From: an uncultured Bacteroidales bacterium
GTDB lineage: Bacteria > Bacteroidota > Bacteroidia > Bacteroidales > UBA932
Direction of reading: 5' to 3'
NCBI GenBank assembly: GCA_947302825.1
Contig: CAMYWP010000001.1
Coordinates: 1-61,038 of the forward strand
DNA: 61,038 nt
Numbering within the stretch: the stretch's first letter is position 1; every line of letters begins with the position of its first letter. Of this stretch, positions 47,258-56,931 are shown one piece after another. The notes beneath the pieces are model-generated. The model did no database searches. It had not been told where the DNA came from and saw only the letters and a program-made list of their open reading frames with translations. The translations under genes were made by a program, and so were the position numbers.

Positions 47258-50200
47258 ATGAAACGCACCCTCCTTCTGCTCTTCGGCCTGTGTGCCACCG
47301 TCGCGTTAAATGCGCAAATTGCCAATATTCAGGCCGATAAGGCCGTGCTGGATGCGCCATTCGGCCAGCAGGACGAGCAAAATTTTGCCGCGCCGCCCAA
47401 GGATTTCTGGCCGGAGACCTGGTTCCACTTCATCGGGGACAATGTATCCCGCGAAGGCATTGACGCCGACCTGGAAGCCATTGCCGGAGCCAAGATCGGC
47501 GGCATCCAGTGGTTCCACGGGGCGTTTGGCGGAAGGTGGCCTGGTGTAGACACCCCGGTGGTACCGCTTTCCAAGGACTGGGACGATATGGTGGCTTACC
47601 TGGGACAGAAGGCCCGCAGCCTGCAACTGCGCCTCACCATCCAGACCTGTCCGGGCTGGGCCATGGCCGGCGGGCCCTGGATTCAGCCGGAAGATGCCAT
47701 GCGGGATCTGGTCTGGAGCCGGACGGATGTATCGGCGGGCGCTACGGGCATGGTTCTTCCCAAAGGAAAGCCGTCGGAGGAAGACTGGCGCGATTACCAG
47801 GACATCTGCGTGCTGGCTTTCCCCACCCCGGAAGGGGATACGGGAGCGCCGCTGGAACTGAAAAATATTGCCTCCGGCAGCCTGGACTGGGTAAAACTGC
47901 TGTCTGGGGAGAAGGGCGTGTCGGAAACGAAACCAGGTGTGCACACCGTTCATTTTACGGCCGATGCCCCGCTCCGCTCGCTGGAAATGCCCGCCGTGCA
48001 GGAGCTGAGCCACGCTTTCTGCAACACGCCCGGGGTACGTATCCAAATCACCGCCTACTGTATAGACGGTCAGCCCAAAACAGTGGCCGACGTGCAGCTT
48101 CCCATGGCCAGCTGGCAGGACAATGAGCCCTTCACCCTGGCCCTGAATGAAGTCCCGGAAGCCAGCAGCTACACGCTTACGCTCACCAACGAGCACCCCA
48201 TGAATCTGGCGTACCTGCGTTTCTATTCGGCTTCCCGTCACGATGACTGGCGTGCTGCTGCCGGCCGCACGCTCCGCGGCAAGGAAATCTATCAGCAGAA
48301 TGCCCGGCGGAGCAAGGGCTCCTATGTGTGCCCGGAATCCATCCTGGACCTTTCGGACCGGCTGGCTCCGGACGGCACACTAGACTGGATCGCTCCCGAA
48401 GGAAACTGGACCATCCTGCGGTACGGCCATGTAAATATCGGCTATAAAAACGGACCTGCCCCGGCCGAAGCAACCGGCTGGGAGTGCAACAAACTGGACC
48501 CCAGAGGTGCCCAGGTACAGTTTTCCAACTATGTGGGCCGCCTGCAGGACGGACCGTTGCAAGGCAAGGCCAACGGCATGCTCATGGACAGCTGGGAGTG
48601 CCGCAACCAGAACTGGACCGGCGCCATGGAAGCGGAATTCCGCGGCCGGATGGGTTATGCGCTCCGCGCCTGGCTGCCCGCTTTGAGCGGCTACGTACTG
48701 GATAGCCCGGAAAGCACCGCCTCCTTCCTGGCCGATTGGCGCCGCGTGAAAACGGACCTCTACAACCAGAACTTCTTCGGAGAAATGGTTCGTCTGGCCC
48801 ACGAAAAAGGCCTCCAGGTGCAGTACGAGACCGCCGGCGGCGATGTGGTGTCCATGGATTACATGGAGTATTACAAGTACGCCGATGTCCCCATGGCCGA
48901 ATTCTGGCACCCCTTCTCCGAGGGCTATGTGGGCGATCTCAATTTTAAGCCCATCAAGCCCACGGCATCGGCCGCCCATCTCTATGGCAAGCGCCGCGTG
49001 GCCGCCGAAAGCTTCACCAGCTTCGACCTCAACTGGGACGAACACTGGGAACTGTTCAAGGAGGTGGCCAACCTGAATATGACGGAAGGCGTGACGCACA
49101 ATGTCTTCCATACCTATACGCACAATCCGCAGGTGGGCTTCCTGCCGCCGGGAACCAGTTTCGGCAATAAGATCGGCACGCCATTCCTGCGCGGCCAAAC
49201 CTGGTGGAAGTACATGCCGTACTTCACGCAGTACCTGGCCCGTACCAGCTATCTGCTCGAGCGCAGCCTGCCGGTGGTGGATGTGCTCTGGTTCACCGGA
49301 GACGAAGTGGGCTATCAGAAGCCGAATCAGAAGATTCCTTTCCCGGCGGGTTACAAGTACGACTACTGTAACCCGGACGGCCTTCTGCACCGCATCTCGG
49401 TGCAAAACGGCCGCCTGGTTACGCCGGAAGGCCAAAGCTACGGTCTTCTGTGGGTGACGCAGACGGAGAATATGCGTCCGGAAACGCGCGCCAAACTGCA
49501 GGAACTGATTGCCGCCGGCGCAAAGGTGGTCTTCGGCTCCACCATAACCGCCGATATTCTGCAGTCCTATGGCATGCAGCCCAATTTGCTGGCGGCAGAA
49601 GAGCTTCTCTGGGCTCATCGCCAGGCCGATGGTGCCGAATGGTACTACATTACGGCGCCGGTGGGTAAAGACTTCCACGGAACGGTTACGCTCAAGGCCT
49701 GTGGCAAGGCCGAATTATGGGATGCAGTAACGGGGGAAGTAAGCGGTTTAGATGTTGCCCGGGATGGCGAGTACGCCTCAGTGCAATTGGATTTGGCACG
49801 TGCCGGCAACTGCTTTGTGGTGTTCCGTCCGGAAAGCGAAAAAACGCCCGTCCGGCAGCCTGTGTTGGCGAAATCCAAAGAATTGAAAGACTGGACGCTG
49901 AGCTTCCCCGCCGGCTGGGGCGCGCCTGAAAAACCGCTGAAAATCAAGCAGTTGCAGGCGTGGAAGGACCTTCCTGTCGGCCCGGAAGCGCAGGCCTTCT
50001 CCGGCACGGTGGTCTATGAAACCAGCTTCACCCTGCCCAAAGCCGGGGAAGTGGTCCTGGACCTGGGTCGTGTGGATATGATTGCCGATGTCCAGCTGAA
50101 CGGCCAGCCCGCCGGAGTGCTTTGGGCCAGTCCTTATCGGCTCACGCTCAACGGAAAAGCGGGGAAGAATACCCTCCGCATTGCCGTCACAGGCACCTGG

Positions 50201-50329
50201 TTCAACCGCCTGGCCTACGACGCCAATCTGCCGGAGGCGGAGCGTAAGACCTGGACCATTGCCGGTCCGGATGCCGGCAGCCCCTTGCGCGAAAGCGGCC
50301 TTATGGGCCCGGTCAGGGTGCTGTATTAA
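47258..50329 (+). CDS. Glycoside hydrolase family 106-like (alpha-L-rhamnosidase-type) protein
   Basis: PETWFH, GIDADLEA, GGPWI, DSWE, ASAAHLYG..VAAESFT and SGLMGPV motifs. Signal peptide. Confidence 0.78.
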   Translation: MKRTLLLLFGLCATVALNAQIANIQADKAVLDAPFGQQDEQNFAAPPKDFWPETWFHFIGDNVSREGIDADLEAIAGAKIGGIQWFHGAFGGRWPGVDTPVVPLSKDWDDMVAYLGQKARSLQLRLTIQTCPGWAMAGGPWIQPEDAMRDLVWSRTDVSAGATGMVLPKGKPSEEDWRDYQDICVLAFPTPEGDTGAPLELKNIASGSLDWVKLLSGEKGVSETKPGVHTVHFTADAPLRSLEMPAVQELSHAFCNTPGVRIQITAYCIDGQPKTVADVQLPMASWQDNEPFTLALNEVPEASSYTLTLTNEHPMNLAYLRFYSASRHDDWRAAAGRTLRGKEIYQQNARRSKGSYVCPESILDLSDRLAPDGTLDWIAPEGNWTILRYGHVNIGYKNGPAPAEATGWECNKLDPRGAQVQFSNYVGRLQDGPLQGKANGMLMDSWECRNQNWTGAMEAEFRGRMGYALRAWLPALSGYVLDSPESTASFLADWRRVKTDLYNQNFFGEMVRLAHEKGLQVQYETAGGDVVSMDYMEYYKYADVPMAEFWHPFSEGYVGDLNFKPIKPTASAAHLYGKRRVAAESFTSFDLNWDEHWELFKEVANLNMTEGVTHNVFHTYTHNPQVGFLPPGTSFGNKIGTPFLRGQTWWKYMPYFTQYLARTSYLLERSLPVVDVLWFTGDEVGYQKPNQKIPFPAGYKYDYCNPDGLLHRISVQNGRLVTPEGQSYGLLWVTQTENMRPETRAKLQELIAAGAKVVFGSTITADILQSYGMQPNLLAAEELLWAHRQADGAEWYYITAPVGKDFHGTVTLKACGKAELWDAVTGEVSGLDVARDGEYASVQLDLARAGNCFVVFRPESEKTPVRQPVLAKSKELKDWTLSFPAGWGAPEKPLKIKQLQAWKDLPVGPEAQAFSGTVVYETSFTLPKAGEVVLDLGRVDMIADVQLNGQPAGVLWASPYRLTLNGKAGKNTLRIAVTGTWFNRLAYDANLPEAERKTWTIAGPDAGSPLRESGLMGPVRVLY

Positions 50330-50353
50330 AAATGTTTCGTATCTTTGCAAACT

Positions 50354-51178
50354 ATGTTATTATTGCAGGCTGCGGACTTATTCGGATTTTTGAGTTTCGA
50401 TTGGGAAGACGTGCTGGATATCCTCATGGTGGGGACCATCATCTTCTTCCTGATCCGTGGCATCCGTGGGGATACCACCGTGCTGAACATCGTGTTGGTG
50501 CTGGTGGTGATCCTGATTCTGCAGGCCGTGGTAAGCGCCCTGAACATGCGCATGATGACCGTGCTGCTGAACACCCTCCTGGATGTAGGTGTGCTGGCCA
50601 TCATCATCCTGTTCCAGCCCGAAATCCGGCACCTGCTCAACCGCTTTGCCGTCCAGAGCGGCATCGCGCGGCGCAGCGGCCAACTGTTCAACCGCCTGCT
50701 GGGCATCAAGGAAGAGCAGATGGGCAGCAAGAGTGTGGAAGAACTCGGAGAAGCCGTGCGGGCCATGTCGGCCGAAAAAACCGGCGCCCTCATCGTGCTG
50801 CAGCACAAGACTTCCCTGGACGAATACATGGACACCGGCGACCGCTTCGAGGCCGATATCAACCGCCGGCTCATCATGAATATCTTCTTCAAGAATTCCC
50901 CCCTGCACGACGGCGCCATGATCATCGTGGGCGACCATATTGCCGCCGCCCGTTGCCAGTTGCCCATGACCAACCGCACGGATATACCCGCCCATTACGG
51001 CATGCGGCACCGCGCGGCCATCGGCCTCAGTGAAGATACGGACGCCGATATCCTGGTGGTGTCGGAAGAGACGGGCAACGTGAGTTTCGTGCGCGGAGGG
51101 GCCATCCATACCGTGCAGGATATGCCCGAACTGCGGAAAATTCTGGCTTCCGTGATGAAAAAGGAGGACATTTCGTAA
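50354..51178 (+). CDS. cdaA: Diadenylate cyclase CdaA (membrane-bound)
   Basis: Three TM helices, then FQPEIR, PLHDGA, GMRHRAA and VSEETG. A TATCTTTG box at 50340-50347 favours the ATG at 50354. Confidence 0.9.
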   Translation: MLLLQAADLFGFLSFDWEDVLDILMVGTIIFFLIRGIRGDTTVLNIVLVLVVILILQAVVSALNMRMMTVLLNTLLDVGVLAIIILFQPEIRHLLNRFAVQSGIARRSGQLFNRLLGIKEEQMGSKSVEELGEAVRAMSAEKTGALIVLQHKTSLDEYMDTGDRFEADINRRLIMNIFFKNSPLHDGAMIIVGDHIAAARCQLPMTNRTDIPAHYGMRHRAAIGLSEDTDADILVVSEETGNVSFVRGGAIHTVQDMPELRKILASVMKKEDIS

Positions 51179-53692
51179 ATGGACCAGCGGCTGGAAGCGA
51201 AACTGGGATTTGACAAGGTGCGGGCTGCCATCGGCGCGCGCTGTTCCACCGAATATGCGGCGGGGCGCGTGGCTGAGGAAGAGTTCAGCACGAGTGCCGC
51301 GGAAATCCGCCGGCGCCTGCTTCTGGCCGATGAAATGCGCCTGATCCTGCTGTTCGAAGACGGTTTCCCCACGGCGGGGTACATCGACGCTATCGGCTTC
51401 CTGGAACCTATCGGCAAAAATGCTTCCATCGACCTGCTTTCCCTGGGCAAGCTGCGCACTTTGCTGGATACGCTGCGCAAAACCCTGCATTTTTTCCATA
51501 CGGTGAAGGAGGGGATTTACCCCAACCTGCAGCACCTGGCTTCCGGCGTGAACGCCCCGGCCGAGGTCATGCACCGCATCGACGGCATCCTGGACCGGCA
51601 CGGGGAAGTGAAAGACACCGCCTCCGACGAACTGTACCGTATCCGCCGCAGCATCAAGGACAAGGAAGTGAACGTGTCCCGGCGCATGAACGCCATTCTG
51701 CGGCAGGCCCAGCAGGAAGGGCTCACGGACCCGGACGCTTCCGTGGCCATCCGCGACGGAAAGATGCTCATTCCGGTGACATCGGCCCGAAAAAAAGCCT
51801 TCCAGGGCTATGTGTACGACGAAAGCGCCACCGGCAAGACCACCTTCATGGAACCGGCCGAAATAGTGGCCCTGCAGAACGAGATTGCCGAACTCCACTT
51901 TGCCGAAACGCGGGAAATTGCCCGCATCCTGTACGAATTTGCGGAATTCCTGCGCCCCTGGGTGCCGGAGCTCCTGGACGGCGCCCGCTTCGTGGGCGAA
52001 CTGGACTTCGTGATGGCTAAGGCCCACGTGGCGCTGGACTACATCGCCGGGATGCCTGTGCTGTCGGAGGATGGCTCGCTGAGCCTGCGCAAAGCGCGGC
52101 ATCCGCTACTGGAAAAGAGTCTCCGCCGGGAGAAAAAGGCCATTGTGCCGCTCACGGTAAGCCTCACGCCCCAGAAGCACATCCTCCTGATTTCCGGCCC
52201 CAACGCCGGCGGCAAGAGCGTGTGCCTCAAGACCGTGGGCCTGCTGCAGTATATGTTCCAGTGGGGCATGCTCATCCCCACCTCCGAGACCTCCGAACTC
52301 CCGGTGTTCGACCGCATCATGGTCTCCATCGGCGACGACCAGTCCCTGGAGAACGACCTTTCCACCTACAGCTCCTTCCTGGCCGATATGAAGGCCATGC
52401 TGGCCCAGGCCGATGAAAAGACGCTGGTGCTCATCGATGAATTCGGCTCCGGAACGGAACCGGCGGCCGGCGGCGCCATCGCCGAAGCCATCCTGCACGA
52501 GTTGGATGCCCGGGGCGCCTACGGCGTCATTACTACGCACTATACCAACCTGAAATTATATGCATCGGCCGCCGAAACCGGCGTCATCAACGGCGCCATG
52601 CAGTTCGATGCCGCCACGGTGGCGCCCCTGTTCCAGCTGGAAACGGGGCTGCCGGGTTCCTCTTTCGCCTTCGAACTGGCCCGGAAGATGGGGCTGCCGG
52701 AGGCCCTGGTGCACGATGCCGAACAGCGCGCCGGCGAGCAGTTCGTGGGCATTGAGCGGAACCTGCGCAAGATTGCGCGCAGCCGCCGTGCCCTGGACGA
52801 AAAACTCACGAAGATCCGCGCCACGGACAAGACGCTGGAAGGTCTCACGGACCGCTACCAGAAGGAACTGGAAGAGATCAAGGAGATGCGCCGCCGCATC
52901 CTGGACGAAGCCCGCGCCGAGGCAGAAAAGATAGTCCGCGACGCCAACAAACAGGTGGAAAACACCATCCGTACCATTAAGGAATCGCAGGCGCGCAAGG
53001 AGGAGACGCAGGAGGCCCGGGCCGAACTGCAGGGTTTCCTGGGAGCGCTGGCCGACAGCCGGGGCCGCCGGGACGCCTATATCGACAAGAAACTCCAGAC
53101 CGTAAAAGAGCGCAAGGAGCGTGAAAAAGTGCGCAAGCGCCGGCGCTCGGACGGGCAGACGATCCAGCAGATGGAGCAGGAAGAGGCCGAAGCGAAGAAG
53201 CTGGCCGCCTTCCGTACGGCCCCGCTGAAGGTAGGGGAGAAAGTGCGCATCAAGGACAACGGCATGGTGGGCGAAGTAGCTACCGTAAGTACCAAGGCGG
53301 TGAGCGTGATTGTGGGAAGCGTTACCACCAAGCTTCCCCTGGACCGGGTGGAACGCATTACGGCCAATGAGTTCAAGGCGGTGGCCAAGGCCCCGACGGA
53401 ACGGCCGCGTCAGGTATACGACGCAGCCATCAGTGAACGGAAGGCGAATTTCCGGCTGGAGCTGGACGTACGCGGCGAACGGGTGAATGATGCCCTGGAG
53501 ATTGTGATGCGATATATCGACGACGCCATCATGTTAGGCGTGCCTTCGGTGCGAATTTTGCATGGAAAGGGTACAGGTGCCCTGCGGGAGGAAATCCAGA
53601 AGTACGTACGCACGGTGCCTGGCGTGCAATCGGTAGCGGACGAACATATACAATTTGGCGGTTCGGGCGTTACGGTTGTTAAATTTGACTGA
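51179..53692 (+). CDS. mutS2: Endonuclease MutS2
   Basis: ARHPLL, SGPNAGGKS, LIDEFGSGTEP, TTHY and a C-terminal Smr domain (LDVRG, ILHGKGTG). Confidence 0.93.
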   Translation: MDQRLEAKLGFDKVRAAIGARCSTEYAAGRVAEEEFSTSAAEIRRRLLLADEMRLILLFEDGFPTAGYIDAIGFLEPIGKNASIDLLSLGKLRTLLDTLRKTLHFFHTVKEGIYPNLQHLASGVNAPAEVMHRIDGILDRHGEVKDTASDELYRIRRSIKDKEVNVSRRMNAILRQAQQEGLTDPDASVAIRDGKMLIPVTSARKKAFQGYVYDESATGKTTFMEPAEIVALQNEIAELHFAETREIARILYEFAEFLRPWVPELLDGARFVGELDFVMAKAHVALDYIAGMPVLSEDGSLSLRKARHPLLEKSLRREKKAIVPLTVSLTPQKHILLISGPNAGGKSVCLKTVGLLQYMFQWGMLIPTSETSELPVFDRIMVSIGDDQSLENDLSTYSSFLADMKAMLAQADEKTLVLIDEFGSGTEPAAGGAIAEAILHELDARGAYGVITTHYTNLKLYASAAETGVINGAMQFDAATVAPLFQLETGLPGSSFAFELARKMGLPEALVHDAEQRAGEQFVGIERNLRKIARSRRALDEKLTKIRATDKTLEGLTDRYQKELEEIKEMRRRILDEARAEAEKIVRDANKQVENTIRTIKESQARKEETQEARAELQGFLGALADSRGRRDAYIDKKLQTVKERKEREKVRKRRRSDGQTIQQMEQEEAEAKKLAAFRTAPLKVGEKVRIKDNGMVGEVATVSTKAVSVIVGSVTTKLPLDRVERITANEFKAVAKAPTERPRQVYDAAISERKANFRLELDVRGERVNDALEIVMRYIDDAIMLGVPSVRILHGKGTGALREEIQKYVRTVPGVQSVADEHIQFGGSGVTVVKFD

Positions 53693-53707
53693 AACCTATA
53701 ACCTTAT

Positions 53708-54082
53708 ATGAACGTACAGAAGCGTAGCAAGATTGGAGAGGTAGGGGAACAGATGGCCTGCGATTTTCTGCAGACGCGGGGCCATCAGATCCTGGACCGG
53801 AACTGGCGCTCAGGTCATCTGGAACTGGACATCGTGTCCGAAGGACCGGACGGACTGCACTTCGTGGAAGTGAAAGCCCGCACAGCCCCGGTAACAACTA
53901 CCATTACAGATCAGGTAAATACCATCAAACAGAAGCGCATATCGGCCGCTGCCCTGCAATACCTGAATAAAAATCACCTGGACGGGAAGGAAGTGTATTT
54001 CGATATTGTTTCCGTGCTCTTCGACGGCAGGGAAACGGTAGTACGTTATTTCCCGCAAGCCTGGATACCCATGTATGTCTGA
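53708..54082 (+). CDS. yraN: YraN (UPF0102) family protein
   Basis: GEVGEQMA, ILDRNWR, ELDIV and FVEVKAR motifs. Confidence 0.88.
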   Translation: MNVQKRSKIGEVGEQMACDFLQTRGHQILDRNWRSGHLELDIVSEGPDGLHFVEVKARTAPVTTTITDQVNTIKQKRISAAALQYLNKNHLDGKEVYFDIVSVLFDGRETVVRYFPQAWIPMYV

Positions 54083-54860
54083 TAATATGAGTATGTCCCA
54101 TCGTTACTGCGTGATCATGGCCGACGGCTCCGGCGCGTCCAGCCAGCTCCGTGTCACCTACGACCGTTTCAAGGAAGTGGTCCCCGAAGACCACATCCTG
54201 GTGGTTACCCCGCAGCGTTTTGCCGATGAAGCCCGGCGCGTGCTGCCCATGCTCCCGAAGGAAAACCTGCTGGTGGAGCCCCACGCCCGCAAAACGGCCC
54301 CCTGCATGGCCTACGCAGCCTATACGCTGCTCACGCGGGACCCGGAAGCCGTGCTGGTGGCTACGCCCTGGGACCTTGTGATCCGGGATGTGGGTCTGTT
54401 TGCCAACACCGTGCTGGATGCCTTCCAATACGTAGAGGACAACGACGTGCTTATGACCCTGGGCATCGTCCCCCGTCACCCGGACGTGAACTTCGGCTAT
54501 ATCCAGGTGAAGGAAGGTCATAATGCTTATCTGATGGCCGGTCCGCTGCAGGTGAAAACCTTCACGGAAAAGCCGCCGCTGGAGCTGGCCGAGGTCTTCG
54601 TCCGCACCGGCGAATTCTTCTGGAACAGCGGTATCTTCGTGTGGAAAGCCGCCACCATCATAGCCGAAATGGAAAAATACCTGCCGGAAGTGACGGAACT
54701 CTTCCGCGGCTGGGAAAGCCACATCGGCGATGAAACCTGGCTGGAGCGCGCCTATAGCGAATGCCCCAAGGTTTCGCTGGACTACGGCGTCATGGAGCGC
54801 ACCGCCCGCGCCTGGCTCTACCCCGCCCGCTTCGGCTGGGCCGATATCGACCGACTATAA
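54075..54860 (+). CDS. Degenerate mannose-1-phosphate guanylyltransferase-like protein (possibly inactive)
   Basis: EPHARKTAPC, FGYIQ, FTEKP, FFWNSGIF and SLDYGVME motifs are present. The GGxGxRxWP...PKQF motif and the C-terminus are missing. Confidence 0.7.
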   Translation: MSDNMSMSHRYCVIMADGSGASSQLRVTYDRFKEVVPEDHILVVTPQRFADEARRVLPMLPKENLLVEPHARKTAPCMAYAAYTLLTRDPEAVLVATPWDLVIRDVGLFANTVLDAFQYVEDNDVLMTLGIVPRHPDVNFGYIQVKEGHNAYLMAGPLQVKTFTEKPPLELAEVFVRTGEFFWNSGIFVWKAATIIAEMEKYLPEVTELFRGWESHIGDETWLERAYSECPKVSLDYGVMERTARAWLYPARFGWADIDRL

Positions 54861-54919
54861 ATCGGTCGATAAAGTCGTCAACGTTACCCCCACCCGAAAC
54901 CCCTCCCCTCGGGGGAGGG
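54845..54919. terminator. Two hairpins between convergent genes (terminator or REP-like)
   Basis: TATCGACCGA-N7-TCGGTCGATA (54845-54871) and CCCTCCCC-TCG-GGGGAGGG (54901-54919). Confidence 0.5.
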
Positions 54920-54921
54920 AC

Positions 54922-56916
54922 TTATTGGCGGATATCCAATTCTTTGAGGAGATAGTCCTGGTGCATGTAGTGTTCCAGGATCCAGAGTACGTAGCGGATG
55001 TCTACGCACACACACATGTTGTAGCCCGGAACAGCCTGATAGTTGCTGGCCAGCGATTCCTTGTTGCCGTCGAAGGCCAGGCCGATGAGCTGCCCCTTGG
55101 CGTTCAGCACCGGCGAACCGGAATTGCCGCCCGTGATGTCGTTGTCGGTGAGGAAGTTCACCGGGAAATCCGGCGGAGGTAACACTTCCCGGAAAGTTTC
55201 GGGATAGGCGTAATCGTGCCGGGCCGGGTCGTATTTTTCACGGAGGCCGCGGGCTGTGCTTTGCCAGTGGGCGTACACTCCGTCCCAGGGGTTGAGGGGG
55301 AGCACCCTGCCATAACTCAGGCGCAGGGTGGAATTGGCATCGGGATACTGAACTTTTCCCTGTGCGGCCAAGCATTCATATCGGGCACGGACATACTGGC
55401 GCCGGAGTTCCGGCAGGGAGGCTACGTGTTCTTCGCTCTGGTTCAGTTCTGCGATGCTTAGTTCATGTACATAGCGGTATAGCGGGATTTGGGTAATGTC
55501 GCCCTGGAAATCCTCTACGCAGGATTGGTCCCAAAGCCATTGCGCCATGGCCTGCCAGTCGTTGCCGAACTGGGCCTGCAACTCCTGATGGATGGACTTG
55601 AAGAAACGCGGCTCCATATGCGTGAAGAATTCCTGCAGGGAATAGGCGAGCAGTTCCTTTTCCACGCGCGGGTCTGTTTCGGCCAAGCCCTGCGCCAGAA
55701 GCTTTCGTTGGCGGGACAAGTCGTTTTTGGCACCGCCCATCCTCAGGAAGGTCCGGGAAATGAACGTACCCCGTACCAGGGTTTCCCGGTAATAGACTTT
55801 CTGCTGTTCCAGCGAGGAGATAGCGGCATATTCGGCATCCAGTTGATCCAGTAGTACGGCATTCTTCCCTGAAACCGGCCGGAAGACCTTCTCCTCCCAT
55901 TCCCGCCGCTCTCCGATAACCCCGAAGCGGCGCATGCAAGCCGCTTCTCCTTCCTTGTTTTCGGCCACGTTGCTCAGGGAGAAAAAACTGTCGGAGTATT
56001 TCCTACGGATGGAAGGGTCGACATCCATCCATTTCCGGATAATCTCCATCTGGGCAGTCCGGAGACGGTTGGAAACAGGGCTTTCCACCTCGATGGCCTG
56101 GCGCATTTCGGCAGAACTGGAATAACGGGCCGTATGGCCGGGATAGCCGATTACCATGGCGAAATCGCCTTCCTTGTATCCCTTGCTGCTGATGGTGAGA
56201 TAGCGCCGGGGACGCAGGGGTCTACCCTCGTTGTCATAAATGCGATAGATGGCAAAATCGGCCTTGTGCTGTGGCCATTCCCAGTTGTCTTCATCGCCGC
56301 CGAAGGAGGCAATGCTTACGGGCGGAACTGCCACAAGGCGAACGTCCGTATACTTGGTGTACAGGCAAAGGTAGTAGGCGGTGCCGGCCCACATACCCTG
56401 CAGACCGGCCTCCAGGCCATATTCGTCGCCATATTTCTTCTCCAGGATGGCCGATAGGCGGCGGCTGCCGAAAGGTTTTCCTTCCAGCTGCAATTCTTCC
56501 TGCAGGGCTTTTACTTCGTCGGTGACATCCAGCACTTTGTTCAGGAAAAAGAATTCTTTGCCTTTTATGGGAATCTCCTGGTCACGGGAGAGGGCCCAGA
56601 AGCCGTCTTCCAGGTAGTTGTGCTCCGGGGTGGAGAGGGCCGCCACATCGCTGAAGGCGCAGTGATGGTTGGTAATGAGGAGTCCCTCGTCAGAAATCAT
56701 GCTGCCGCTACAGTAAAAGCCCAGCGACACTACGGCATCGGCCAGCCCGCCGGCTTCTTCATTGTAGATTTCCCGGACGCCCAGCTTAAGGCCGCGCGCC
56801 TTCATATTCTTTTCCAGCGCACGGTCCAGGCACTGAATGAGCCACATTCCTTCATCGGCCCGGGCGGCCGGAAGCGTACACAGACCCAGCAAGAGGGCCA
56901 GAAGCCATTTTTTCAT
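54922..56916 (-). CDS. S46-family dipeptidyl peptidase (DPP7-like)
   Basis: ADEGMW, TNHHC, DNWEWPQH and DITGGNSGSP motifs. AFDGN has Gly at the S1-determining position. Confidence 0.92.
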   Translation of the reverse strand: MKKWLLALLLGLCTLPAARADEGMWLIQCLDRALEKNMKARGLKLGVREIYNEEAGGLADAVVSLGFYCSGSMISDEGLLITNHHCAFSDVAALSTPEHNYLEDGFWALSRDQEIPIKGKEFFFLNKVLDVTDEVKALQEELQLEGKPFGSRRLSAILEKKYGDEYGLEAGLQGMWAGTAYYLCLYTKYTDVRLVAVPPVSIASFGGDEDNWEWPQHKADFAIYRIYDNEGRPLRPRRYLTISSKGYKEGDFAMVIGYPGHTARYSSSAEMRQAIEVESPVSNRLRTAQMEIIRKWMDVDPSIRRKYSDSFFSLSNVAENKEGEAACMRRFGVIGERREWEEKVFRPVSGKNAVLLDQLDAEYAAISSLEQQKVYYRETLVRGTFISRTFLRMGGAKNDLSRQRKLLAQGLAETDPRVEKELLAYSLQEFFTHMEPRFFKSIHQELQAQFGNDWQAMAQWLWDQSCVEDFQGDITQIPLYRYVHELSIAELNQSEEHVASLPELRRQYVRARYECLAAQGKVQYPDANSTLRLSYGRVLPLNPWDGVYAHWQSTARGLREKYDPARHDYAYPETFREVLPPPDFPVNFLTDNDITGGNSGSPVLNAKGQLIGLAFDGNKESLASNYQAVPGYNMCVCVDIRYVLWILEHYMHQDYLLKELDIRQ

Positions 56917-56931
56917 AGGATCGATTATTTG

